Shown here one piece after another: positions 1 through 11,619 of a DNA stretch of 64,000 nucleotides. Position numbers and translations under genes: made by a program. The DNA is from the human T2T-CHM13v2.0 reference genome, Homo sapiens. Numbering within the stretch: position 1 is the stretch's first letter; each line of letters opens with the position of its first letter. The notes under the pieces are model-generated. The model ran no database searches. It was not told the origin of the DNA and was given only the letters and a program-made list of their open reading frames with translations. The stretch lies in the NCBI RefSeq assembly GCF_009914755.1, contig NC_060932.1, one strand, 5' to 3'.

Positions 1-380
1 ATGAAGGGGGCAGAGCTCTACATTTATTTTATATTATAAAAAGAAGCTTTGTCTGCAGCAATACTAATTATCACCATTATATCACATAATTTTAGGAATA
101 TGATAAATTTATAGGCAATGGCATTGAAAAATGAGCTATCATTTTGAAAGTTTATAGAATGTTTACCCCAGACAGCCTTTTAAGCCTGACTTCTAAGCAC
201 GTTCTTTGACTCAGAATTAAACAGTACAAATGTAATGTTTGAAAGCTCTTAAACTAATAAATTTTCCCTTATCAAGAAGAGTTTAAAATTACATTCATTA
301 AAATATAGAAAATATCCAAAAGATGATAATTGCTTTAAGCTAATGGGTGTTAAAATCATTATAAGATAGTTAATTATTAA

Positions 381-445
381 TTTATTCAACAAATAGTCCC
401 TGAGCCTTTACCCTAAGAAAGGTACTTGGGCAGCTGTAGGAGACT
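381..445 (-). mobile_element. L2 LINE 3' end fragment
   Basis: ttattcaacaaatagtccctgagcc resembles the reverse complement of the L2 3' tail (attcaacaaatatttattgagcacctac). Confidence 0.45.
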
Positions 446-1329
446 GCTGGGTCACTGGACTAGATGAATTGAAAGGGAAGAAAACAAAGTTGGCAAAGAA
501 AGCTGGTGATCCAGGGTCAGGAGGAAGCTGAAACGAGCTTGTCTGCAGGGGATAGACCAAGAAGACTGAGTGATTAAAGCGGTGCCAGTGAACTTAGGGT
601 CAGGAAGAGAGTGAACAGAGAGTCAGGGAACCAGTGAGGGTGATAAACTGAGAAATTGGAAAAGATGGCCTTGCCTGAATGGAGCTGTGGCCACGATTCA
701 GTTCAGTTCAGCACAGTATTGACTGAGTTCCTACTGGATGTTCAATGTATTATAGTCCACCCATAACTTTGAAAAACTAAGAAAAATAGGTAAATGGACA
801 TGAAAATTTACCTGTATTGTCAAATATTCTTCCTTCTTTATAGCAGATAGTAATACTGATGATTAAATGTAATTTCTACTGGGGAGTAGGTGGTGTTTTG
901 CAACTTAGGTCTTCCAAAGCACACATAGCCTTTCAGAATGAGAAGGTTCTTAGATGTAATCTAACTTAACTTGCTACTCCATGCTGAAATCCCTGAGGAC
1001 ATTTACTCCAGGGAGATGATCTTTTGAAGATTATGTTGTATGATCAGAAGAAAGTGAGGTTTGCAGTTACTCTTTTATTTCAGCCTGGAAACAGTGCTCT
1101 AGAGAAATATTCTCAGTACCTCCCTTATCAGTACTGTTTCCAGTACTGTTATTCTAGCTTTGCCCCATTGGAATCAAGTTCTAGCTTGACAATATTTTGT
1201 CCAAAACCTGGCACTCAGAGATTAATGCAATTTCAAGATGTGCCCTGATCAGGAAATGACCAGGGAATGTTGCCGAGGCTTTGAGAATGAATGTCTGGCT
1301 TGAAATAGATCCCATTTGGCCACTGTATC

Positions 1330-1790
1330 AATCAGAGTCCTTAGCTGTAAGTAGCAGAAACTCACTGGGACTGATACATGGAGAAAAAAAAGTTGTTAAA
1401 AAGATACTGGGTAGGTTACAGCCTCTCCTCCAGGGCCAGAGAACTAGGCTCAGAGCTTACTTGATCAGGAAAGGAGCCCCAAATGGAGTTTCAAGAGGGA
1501 TTCTGGTGGAGCGACCACCGCCACTGGACACTGGGTCCCATAGCTTTACTTCCTACACCACAGAACTTGGAACTTGGAACTTGTAGCTTTGCCTAGAGTC
1601 ATAGCTGCTGCTGCCTGGACGCTGCAGAGCAGCTATCCAATTTTTCCTATTCAAGATCTGGGTATGGCTAGGACTCATGCCAATGCTGTGACTGCGAGAA
1701 TGGCACACTGTGCCAAATAAGGGGAGGATTCTCCAAACACAGGCAGGGATTTCAGAACCTGGGAAGCCGACAAGATTAGCAAAATGACCC
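1330..1790. mobile_element. Ancient ERVL/MaLR-type LTR fragment (LTR33/MLT1-like)
   Basis: gtaagtagcagaaactcact...aaaaaaa...aagatactgggtaggttacag resembles old ERVL-class LTR termini; heavily diverged. Confidence 0.35.
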
Positions 1791-1989
1791 TCAGCATGTC
1801 TTGACCACCTTAATTCATACTTTCTTACTCTTAGACTCATGCAAAGACCAAAAATTCTCAATAAATGTGTTGCTTTTCTAGATGTCCTGGGATAGGTAGG
1901 GAAATAAATGTTTAAATTTCTTAATAATATTTTTATTGCAAGTTTATAGAAAGACTGCATGTAGGAGTAAGACTATCAAGGATGTTATT

Positions 1990-2275
1990 TTTTAAAGTTA
2001 TACAAGATGAATAAGTCCTGGAGATCTACAGCATAGTGCCTGTACTTAACAATACTGGATAGTATACTGAAAAATTTTCTAAGAGGGTAGATCTTATGTT
2101 AAGTACTGTTATCATAAAAATAATTATAATAAAGGAAGTTTTGGAGATGATAGGTTTATGGCATAGATAGTAGTGATAGTTTCATGGGTATATACTCATC
2201 TCCAAAATCCCTGAGTTGTATAGGTTAAATATGAACAGCTTTTTGTATGTCAATCATACCTCAATAAAATGGTTT
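1990..2275 (+). mobile_element. L1M (L1MA10/L1MB-like) 3' UTR fragment
   Basis: gatgaataagtcctggagatcta...ctaagagggtagatcttatgttaag...tcaatcatacctcaataaaa, typical old L1 3' end with polyA signal. Confidence 0.8.
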
Positions 2276-2659
2276 TCAAGAAGTACATAAGTGATAATAC
2301 AATACAATGTGAAAGATTTACACTGTTTAGCCTATGTGGATAACCAACGATCCTCTTTTGTTCAAGTGCTTGGAAATCATTGGCATTAATAGAAGAGTAC
2401 TTGGAATTGTCATGGTTTGTGCAGCGTTTCATGGCAGAACTTCATTTATTTGAAAGTTCAGAGTTCAGAACCTCTTCCTCTCCACCCCCTACTGTGCATT
2501 ATTAGATTGGATCATGATATGAAGTATGGAATGTGCTTAATCATACAGTTTCTTTACACCCCATCACAGTGTCTAATGATGGACCTGGATAATAATCGTA
2601 GCACAAAATTCATCGAGTGCTGTCTGTGCTGCTAAACAGCATTCTGAATGCATTATGTG

Positions 2660-2830
2660 AGTTATTCATGCAATCTTTACCAAGTCCTAGGAGGAAGGCA
2701 CTGTTACTATCCCATTTTGCAGATGAGGACATGAAAGCGGAGAGATTCAGTTTATCTGTCCAGGATTCTACTTATTCTTCGTGGCCAGAGGCAGGGTGGG
2801 AACCCAGGCAGTCTGACCCCAAATCCTACA
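2660..2830 (-). mobile_element. MIR SINE
   Basis: cccattttgcagatgagga core and gaacccaggcagtctgacccc. Confidence 0.75.
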
Positions 2831-4257
2831 GTCAGACCCAGTTAGTCTGGCTGCTGGCTGGAAAATTAGAGACAGTGATTATATCGTGTTTTTCCTTGGT
2901 GGGTCAGAAGTAGAATTCCTGCTGTAAAGGTGCTTTTGCTCTGGTGGTTGGTACTTCTCAGTTGAAATGAGAAGCCATTTTACTGCCACCGGTACAGAAA
3001 AATATGTCGACCTTTTTTTCTTTCAGTCCAATCTCAACTGCAGGGAGTGATGTGACTACCCAGTGTGAAAAATATTCCAAGCATCTCAGCTGATAAATTC
3101 TAATGGAGCTCTGATGCCTTTTGTGACTTTTTTCAGATTCGTTTAGTGCACCAAGCATAAACTGCTGAAATCTTTTACATACAACCATTCTATTGCCTAT
3201 TAATTAGAACTGTCTTTTAATTGCACTGGTGCTCCAGAATTAAGTCAATATAGTTACAGGGATAGAATCCCCTGGGGGGAAAAATTCTTTATAGGAAGCT
3301 AGCGATGTTAAAAACAACAGAAATAGCAAACAATAAAACTCCCAATAACATCTACAAAACACCCCCACAGAATCTTCATAAATCATTTAAGGGTAAAACT
3401 CCCTTTCCTGGCTGCAGAGTATGATACACTTGGTGCTTAGCTCCTTCCACGGCCCCACTGTGAGTGGTGATGCTATTGAAGGTTTCATTCTGTGTCTTCA
3501 TGTCCCTCTTTTTAAAACCTTATTCCTTCTTCTCCCCTAGATGAGGTAGCTGGTATCCTGTTTTCAGATTCTCTCCTTAGTCAAAACAGGAAATGATCAC
3601 ACCTCAGTCTTTTCCATTTGATGGATTTGTTCTATTTTTTATTTCCACTAAGGGACCATTGTCTTTTCCAAGCCTTTGCGTTTTAGGTCATCTTAATTCT
3701 CAGTATCTGACGGAATGTCAGCTATTGATAAATGTTGGGGAAATTTGGAGTAAGGGAGGAAGAACTAAAATCATTCAAATGCAGGACCTGAAGGGAAACT
3801 TAACATTTTTGGGTGACATCGAAGTTGAGCTGGGGCAGAAGAAAGCTTCATGGTCCTTCTCCCAGATCCTCCAGTCCTCTCCCCATGACTCAGACCTGGG
3901 CTGCTGGGGGATCCTGGCCTCAGTTCCCCTCCCTCACTGGCCCTCCACAGCGCCCACCCTTCTTTCTTTGCTAGAGTCCCTCCCCCTTCCCACACTTCCA
4001 ACCTCAGTCCTACCTCTACTTCCTTCTCTCTCACCAAATATGCCCAGAAGTACGTATGCTAATTGTTATCTGAAGCTATTTTGGTTAATGTCATGACACA
4101 TATTCATTAATGGATGTATGACTATGTCGAATGCTGCTTTGAATAATGCTGCCTTGAGAAATAACTCTACAAACATCGTTATATCACAGTCTATGGCCTA
4201 TATTTCAAAAAGTATTAGCTCCTTACTCTCTGGAGTTCTGAGTCAGGCTTTTTATAG

Positions 4258-4376
4258 TTCACATAACCTAGATTTGTGAGTCACTATGTACAATAAATAG
4301 CATTCCCACGGTGACCACAAGTCTTGGAATCAGTTCCAGGTGTCGTCGTGGCCGTTGACACCGCTGCCTTCTGACG
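4258..4376 (+). other. Candidate non-coding exon
   Basis: Acceptor ctttttatag| (4257), alternative ttccag| (4339); donor ACG|GTAAAT after 4376. Confidence 0.35.
4262..4376 (+). mobile_element. Probable LF-SINE relic (5' tRNA-derived part)
   Basis: aatcagttccaggtgtcgtcgtggccg...ccgctgccttctgacgg is collinear with the remembered LF-SINE segment AATCCAGCCCAGGTCGGTAGTGACCG...TCATTACCATCTGACGG; six CpGs retained in ~70 bp. Confidence 0.5.
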
Positions 4377-4399
4377 GTAAATGTATTGTAGAATTCATG

Positions 4400-4455
4400 T
4401 TGTTCTCAGGCTTCAGTTTCCTCATCTCTAAAATGAGAGGATTGGATAAGTTAGT
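4400..4455 (+). mobile_element. MIR fragment
   Basis: cttcagtttcctcatctctaaaatgagaggattgga core. Confidence 0.7.
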
Positions 4456-4568
4456 AGTTTCTAATTTTTACTTTTAATCAGTGGCATCTCCCATTTATTT
4501 TTCATTTGAAATAAAACTTTTGAATTTTATCTTCTACCTAAATAACATATTTTGTTTTATGTTTCAAG

Positions 4569-4690
4569 ATGAAGCTCACACTGAGTTGGAAAAAAGGAAA
4601 AAGCAAAGGATCAAAGCTGGGGGAAAATACTGGACCATGTGCTTCACCTCATGGTGCCAAATAAAGAGAAAATGGGGAGAAGATAGGGAC
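4569..4690 (+). other. Candidate (terminal) non-coding exon
   Basis: Acceptor tattttgttttatgtttcaag| at 4568, purine-rich body, AATAAA at 4660-4665; 3' end uncertain. Confidence 0.3.
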
Positions 4691-5320
4691 AGATAAAGAT
4701 CTATTTGCTCGGATTGTGCTCTCATCCTTGGCAACATGTTGACAATGCCCTGGAAATAACTTGTTTTTCTTGCAACATTTCTCCAGTCTGATTGGTCAGC
4801 CTCCGGAAGATGTGGCATTTTGTAACTACTAGTTTTCTCGTATGGGTTTAGAAGAAATTAAAAATGAAGCCAATACCCAAGGAAGAAATGAAAGCTGGCC
4901 ATTGGAGGCAGATCATTCCAGCAGAGTGAGGGCAGCCACTGGGATAATGCGTGGTCCAGGATTACACAGGCTGACTTTGCCAGGCCCTTGTTTCTCTGAC
5001 TCTATGTTAGTCAGCAAAACACAATCCGTATTCATTGGCTGCATTTTCTTGGTTCTGTTTTGTTTAGTCTGGCCTCCTGGCCTGTTCTTTACCCATGTCG
5101 TAGCTACAAGGTTTTGAGGATTACTTTGCTGTGCATGCCTTCTTTCCTGTCACCTCCACTCCCATTCAGTCTCATTTGTTTACCTGTTTCTTTCTTTCTT
5201 CTTCTAGCTCTTAAGAAACCTGTCAAATGTCAACCCCTGGAGTCCCAAGTGGCAGCTTCCTCAATTCACTGACTGACTAATTTTACTCATTACTTTGGAG
5301 ATAGGGCTAAGATTTCTTTA

Positions 5321-5348
5321 AAACAAACAAACAAACAAACAAACAAAC
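5321..5348 (+). repeat. (AAAC)7 microsatellite
   Basis: Direct read. Confidence 0.95.
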
Positions 5349-5849
5349 ATCAAACTGCCTGTTTATGTCCCTAAGCCTCAAATAATTAAAAAGCATATTG
5401 TTTGAGAAAAGATCGCTTCTATCGAGCAATACACAAGCAAGAAAATCTGATTTTCCCAAGTGAAATTTCTGACAAACCACGGATTCTTTCTAAAGAAGCA
5501 GAACACCCCTCTCTGGTGACCAGGCTACCAAGTTCCTACATTGACATCAAAGAAGAGCCTTTCTGCATAAATAGACTGTGTGTTAATAAAATAATATTTA
5601 TGATTCAGTTTTTTTTTTCTTTTCAATATCAAGCTGTATCCTGCAGGAATGAAAATAAAAGAAGTTGATGTCTACAATATAACTATTAAGGGGAAATTTG
5701 CTCCACTGTTATTTGGATGTAATTGGTACTGAGCACCACAATGCACTTGTAATTGGGTCTGTACTTGTTCACTTCAAGGGTTCCAAGCTCTTTCTACTTG
5801 AACCCATTTTTTTGATACCGTTCAGCTCAGCAGTGCCAGCTAACTCTTG

Positions 5850-6110
5850 TTATGCAGTTGAAAAACTGGCCATTAAAAATAGGATACGGTGTGATTTTGT
5901 TTTGCAGCACTGCATGGAAAATCAGTTGCTGTTCATAACAGCTCTGTGGTTGGTTGATTTAAAGCAGGGGGGTGACTTGGAATTGACAAGCAGACAGTTT
6001 GTGAAAAGGGATATTGTATCTTTAAGGCTTTCTGACTGATTGTGTTTAACTGCGCCACACAGCAGGCAGTAATTAGGCTGTAGCTTCACCAAGAGACTTA
6101 AAGCACTGGC
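5850..6110. promoter_or_regulatory. Candidate conserved non-coding element
   Basis: Unique, high-complexity, non-repeat sequence with TGATTTA, TGACA and TAATTA homeodomain-type motifs; conservation not verifiable here. Confidence 0.25.
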
Positions 6111-6200
6111 TCTGGTTCTCAGTTCTCCAGATTTTTTTTTTGAGCACAAACATTTTTTTTAATTTGGATTTGAATACATGATAATTTTTTAAAATTATCA

Positions 6201-6228
6201 TGAGTGAGTGAGTGAGTGTGTGAGTGAG
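6201..6228 (+). repeat. (TGAG)n imperfect microsatellite
   Basis: tgagtgagtgagtgagtgtgtgagtgag. Confidence 0.85.
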
Positions 6229-6961
6229 CACATTAAAACCCAACCCAGGGGCTTCCTGTGCAGGCCACCTCAGGGACCACCCTGTGCTGATGGCTCTTGG
6301 GCTCTAGGGAGACCAGGCAGCCGCATTGGGAAGTAGTAAGAACCGTGATAGGAGAACATGATGCCACTGCTGGAGAAGGTCAAGGTGCTCTTGAAATGAA
6401 AGGACATCAGCTCTCATAACACGACACAGTGTCTTCTGGCCCAGTTCACAATGTTAATGAGACTCTGGTTGAAGCATGCTACTAAGATTAATAGACAAAA
6501 TGCCTAATAATTTTTATTTAGGGGAAAGAGGAACTTTCTTTACCTAAGGCTATTAAGTAGAAAAGGGTGCATTTTAGAAGTAAATTGAACAAACCATTAG
6601 CTTAAGTAGTATTTTCCATCTACCACCCTGCCTTCCTTTCTCCATACCCCCTCCCATTAAAATACCTCATTGCTGTTTTGGAAATTGGTGGACATCATCA
6701 ATTTGTTATTATTTGTTAAAGATGGAGTTTTAAGCTTTCTATGCATTTGTTATCACAGGGGTGCAGTAGACAGATTTTACACTGACCTTATTAAAAATGA
6801 ACGTTCAATTACTGTTGGGTTGATCACAGTGACTGTCTTCATTATCAATCAGGCAACAGTGGCTGAGTCCCAACTGTGTGCATGACACTAGGTTGGATGC
6901 TGTGGAGATAAACATTCTTCTGGGAACATAGTTGTGATATTTTCCAGACCTATGTATAAAG

Positions 6962-6993
6962 TTTCCTTCCTCTTGTTTTTTATATAGGTGAGT
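6962..6993 (+). other. Juxtaposed 3' and 5' splice sites (recursive-splice-site-like)
   Basis: tttccttcctcttgtttttt-atatAG|GTGAGT: polypyrimidine tract, TAG at 6985-6987, GTGAGT at 6988-6993. Confidence 0.4.
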
Positions 6994-7403
6994 TATTCCA
7001 ATTAGATTTGACTACTACTTAATTCTTAAATTTCTGGGTTGTTATTTTTTCTTATTACATGAATTTTTTTACCTTTCTTACTTTATTATTGGTGTACATA
7101 AGTATCTTTGCTTATTCATTCTCATATTTCTGTCCATTATAGATATGTATGGACTATAGATGATTGTGGTTTTAAATGATAATTCCCCATATTTGGGGAT
7201 CACATTAGAGTTTTTGAAGTTTTACCTCCCAGTATGTCATCTACGTCTTCCTACAACATCCTAAGGGTGACTGGGGGGGTGATATCATTATCTTTTTAAA
7301 GGCTCAAGACAGTGAAAGGGACTTGGCTTAGGAATCAGGTTCGCTGACTCTTTGTTCTTGTCATAGTAATAAGATCGTATATTCAGCCCCCAAATGAACA
7401 ATT

Positions 7404-7480
7404 TTCTAATTTAAGAGTAATGAAAACATTTTAGTATAGCTTCTAATTTAAGAGTAATGAAAACATTTTAGTATAGCTTC
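7404..7480 (+). repeat. Perfect 37-bp tandem duplication
   Basis: ttctaatttaagagtaatgaaaacattttagtatagc at 7404-7440 and 7441-7477, followed by ttc. Confidence 0.97.
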
Positions 7481-8019
7481 ACCACTTTAAAACATAGATT
7501 AAAAATCAAGCATAAGCTATCATAAGGAGATTCTGATTTTTAAAAGTTGCTTCTACTAATTTGGAACTGATGTTTGTCCTTTCTCTGTAGAGTTAAAAAC
7601 TTTTGGAAGCTCTCTATTCTCTTGGTTTTGATGTTTTGGGGCTGCCTTGAAGATAAATTACTTTAATCTGTAGGCTAAGTTGCATTGATATATTTATCTT
7701 TCTCAACATGCTTTGTCCTAAGGTCAGTACTTTGAAAGATTTGATCTAAATAAATTATAAATGTGTATCAAAATCTATTTGCTATTAGAGTAAACACATT
7801 AGAAATATGTCCCACTATTGCTTTGAATGTGACAAAGATGAATTCCATTCTATAGTTCAAATTTCAAATGTAAGTGTGTACTTTTATATATGTCTATGTC
7901 TAAATGTCGAGGTCAATAATTCTATAAATTCCTAAGGTTGGTTTATTCTGTAGTGCTGATAAATGTATCTTGGAATTAAGATGTACAGAAGATCAAAGAT
8001 GAAATTGCAATTTTTTTCT

Positions 8020-8480
8020 AAAGTGACAATGAGCCTAATTCACTGTCAGTTAAAGCCAGGTGTTTCTCCCCCTAGTATTAAGTTCTTCAAAACAGTGGCT
8101 GCATAGGACACCATTCACAGAGGCTTAGCACTGGGGAGAAAATGATTACATTAAATCGAATGATATGAATAATTCATGACATCACATTTTGTAATCCTGG
8201 TGCTAAGCATAAAACCAGTGGTTTATTTTTTAGCAAAATGTTTTTGTATCATTCTAGATAGTGCATAATGCAAAACAATAACTGCATACATAATGCAAGA
8301 AGGATGGTGGTGAATAGGGTCCTTAATAGTGCTTGCAGCATCATCTGGGGTGTGATCACAATAAACATGTTTGGAGCCAATGCCCATGGGTGCCCAACGT
8401 CTGCTGGAATCTTCTGAGTCCAATAGAATGGCTGCCTTTTAATTTGTTTTTGAATATTACACCTGACCTTTAGCATGGAT
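8020..8480. promoter_or_regulatory. Candidate enhancer / conserved non-coding element
   Basis: Dense TALE (TGACA/CTGTCA), TAAT, POU-like palindrome ATGAATAATTCAT (8165-8177) and ATGCAAAACAAT (8268-8279) motifs in unique sequence. Confidence 0.35.
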
Positions 8481-8926
8481 CTGAAAGTCAGTCCTTGTAT
8501 ATTGCTAATACTACAAATCCTTTTGTCCCCCCTTCTTTCAGTTTACTTGGAGGGCAATTCTATTGGGGGTAAACTGCTGATTTTTTAAATGGCATTTGAT
8601 TTTCCAATACAGAGTTGGAAATACTAGAAAAATCCATAGAATTTGAACTTTTATTTTTCTATAAAGAACTTAAATGTTCTGGGGTAAAATGTCAGTTACT
8701 TAACAATTCATCCAAGTACTTATTAGGAATGTCATTTATATCTCTAAGACTAAATAAATTATGCCTTGTATTTGAATCTTCTCCTTATTTTCTAGAGAAA
8801 GCATCTTTTCTTTATAATTATCAAAGGAGGTCTAGGATGTCTCTGCAACCTTCATAAAACAGTTTCCAGGTCATGTACACTGTAGCAATACTTTAACACT
8901 AGTCTGATTATTCTGCTGCATTTCAG

Positions 8927-9075
8927 GCTGAAATAATCGTGTACCTGGACTATCTGCGGCTGCCTTTTCCAGCACCTTCCTGTGGACTGCTCCAGGGCAC
9001 TCTCTAGAAGTCAGAATGGACTCCTGCTGATTCTCTCGCATATTTGTCTTGAATAAAAGAATGGTGTATGCCAGT
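8927..9075 (+). other. Candidate terminal non-coding exon
   Basis: Branch-like ctgat (8904-8908), acceptor ttctgctgcatttcag| (8926), GC-richer body, AATAAA at 9052-9057. Confidence 0.35.
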
Positions 9076-10194
9076 GGATTTCAAAGCTTCTCACAAAACA
9101 TCTCCACATCTGAAGTCTCAAGAGTTTATGTCAAGCATTTGTATTACTTACAACTAATTAAATATACCATTCCTGTTTTACAACATGAACACATTTGCTG
9201 ATAATGTTGTAACTTGTATTATTATTATTTGTTTGAAACAATACATTAATAATTAATGACTGGTCAGTAATATAATACTAATATCTTGACCTATTTAGAA
9301 TAGACATTAATTATCACATGTATAGAAAATAGTGTGATTTTAAATTTTTTTTCACAAAAAATAATTTGGAAGCATGTTAAAGTGCCTTATTTCCATATTA
9401 TTTATTTACGTGATTTGGAGAATATTGTTTAAAGTTTTATTTTACAAGACTAAGCAGACTGTCAAAAAAGGTAGATTATGAATACTAAAGAAAAGGCAAG
9501 AGAGTTGGCATTTAGAAGTTAATTGTAGTGATTTGTTGAGGTTATCTAAGGGAAAATACCTGATGACCCCATTATTGGATTTGAATATAAAAATGCTGGA
9601 TGCATTATATGTGGCAGCCTGAGATCTATTCTTCTTATCAGAGAGATATAAAATTACCGAGATTTAACTGAAGGCAGCTGTCAAACTCTGTAAAAGAACT
9701 GATATTCTTCAGAGGAGTGCAAATTCTATGTCAAAGACACAAAACAGATTCTTATTGCTTAATAATCTCCCACAGTTCAATAGTGACAGAAATTGGTTTC
9801 CTTTTTGCCCCCTACCCCTACTGTCTTATTTCTACAATTTTCTCTACAGTTACCAGTTTTGGGATGACTGATTCTGGTGTTTACTATATGATCACTTGAT
9901 CAATGGAGACCTGCCCATCCTGCTTCTGACTATCGTGATGTCATAGTAGAGCTGCTTTAGATGAATCCGAAGTACTCACTCCTTTCTCCAATTTCTTCTT
10001 ATCTGGTTTAAGAAAACAGTAACTTATTTTTGGCAGAGTCTATCAAAAATGAGAGGAATTGTCTATAGTATAATTTTAGTTTGAGTACAGAGAATAATAA
10101 AAATTATTGCTAAAATAAAATCTGATTTATCTAAGTATCAACTCTATTTAACTTTTTCTTTAATAACGTAACTATTTTATGCTGCATAAAGCAG

Positions 10195-10320
10195 AATACA
10201 GGTTCCAGTGCTCGTTTGGCCACTTAGAACCTCATCTTCTTTATCTATAAAATGGAAATACAAAAACTGTGTTGGGTTTAATAGGGAAAATAAAATAATG
10301 TACAGGAGAATATCATGTAA
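10195..10320 (+). mobile_element. MIR fragment
   Basis: ggttccagtgctcg...ccacttag...tttatctataaaatggaaata. Confidence 0.5.
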
Positions 10321-11605
10321 TAATGTTTTATAGAAAAAATAATTATTTTATCTGTTAGAAGATTTTTTTCTTGTCAGTTAATGCATTACTAATGATTTAC
10401 TTTTAAAAAATTAAATATGCTAAAAAAGTAAATAAGTCAAAGCCATGATGAGGTTCACCTATATTTTGAAACACTCTTTTAAGCATGCCAAATTAGTGAC
10501 ATGGGCTTTCATGTGTATCTTGCCTTCACACACTTAAATGCATAACCTTGAAAGTAATAAAATTTGCTGAGTTGGCTATTTCCCTGCTTCCTCAGAACAT
10601 ATGTCAACTGAGCAACAGAGAATTCACTGTAGCAAAAAGAAAGATAGTTCAGTGAAAGCTTGTTTAATAATTAATCCGCTGAGTAAGTGTCTGAATGTTT
10701 GATAAATATTTAGTCACCATGTGTATCAGGCAGCATTGGTTGCATACCAAAGAATTTGCAAAGGTAAAAACTGCCAGTCATAGGCATCAAAGATTAGGAG
10801 GTTTCTTGATCACAAGCCAGAGATGTGCAAATTATTCCATATAACATAAATCCAGAACTATAAATCCATGACTAGCCACCCAATGTTATTCTAGGAGAGT
10901 GACAGGAGGCCACTACCTTGTCCTCCAAAGTTCTTCTATAGTGTATTTGGTATCACATTTTAATTAATAGCTGCTTGTCTGCCCATATGTATAAAGAAAA
11001 ATATTCTGGTGCATGCATGAAATAGAATGGTGAAATATGCACCTCATGTCCTCTTGAAATTCATACTATTGTACTAGGAAAGGAATGGGGGGGCAGTGAT
11101 CCACTGATGTACCCTGAATGGAAACAGAACTTGCTGCAGCATCTAGAGACAAGGCATTAAAACTCATCTTTATAAACATTTATTACATCCCTAGGATGTT
11201 CAATGCACTGTGCAGCAGGAGAGGAGAAGCTAACGTGTGGATCTTTTTAGTGCAGAAAATGTAAAAATTAATTATTGTATAGTGAAAATAAGAAGTTTTG
11301 CTATCTACAAGGTAATCACTTATAAATTGTGTTCTGACATGAATTCCTAGCAAAATCCTCACAAATTCCTACAAACCTCTCCAGAGAGCTCATGGTCTCC
11401 TTCTTGCAACAGCACACATGCCACCTCTCAGTCAGTTTCAGGTCTTTCACCTGGAAATGGGGGGTGTGGTTGTGTGTGTGTGGGGTGAATAGTTACAAAT
11501 AGAAGGTGGGAGTGACTGCCCTTCTTGGCACCCCTTGCTGGCCAGAGTACCACTAATGATGGCTCCAGAGAGGCCTCATCTTCTCTCTTCCAGCCTATGT
11601 GAACC

Positions 11606-11619
11606 GTTGCCATGGCAGC
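11606..11619. promoter_or_regulatory. RFX X-box motif
   Basis: GTTGCCATGGCAGC, one mismatch to the palindromic consensus GTTGCCATGGCAAC. Confidence 0.5.

Noticed and set aside
1563-1583. (GAACTTG)3 and other tiny repeats (CAGAT)3 at 56776, CAGTAC repeats near 1114-1150
   Set aside because: Short slippage repeats with no spacer structure; not CRISPR-like
3593-4096. Longest ORF in the window (167 aa)
   Set aside because: No recognisable domain; extended by a pyrimidine-rich low-complexity tract; no exon structure
4300-4385. Possible ribozyme, miRNA or snoRNA
   Set aside because: No hammerhead/HDV core, no C/D or H/ACA boxes, stems too short for a pre-miRNA; a SINE relic explains it better
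4569-4685. 38-aa sORF MKLTLSWKKGKSKG... starting at the acceptor
   Set aside because: Expected by chance; no homology recognised and no translation evidence available
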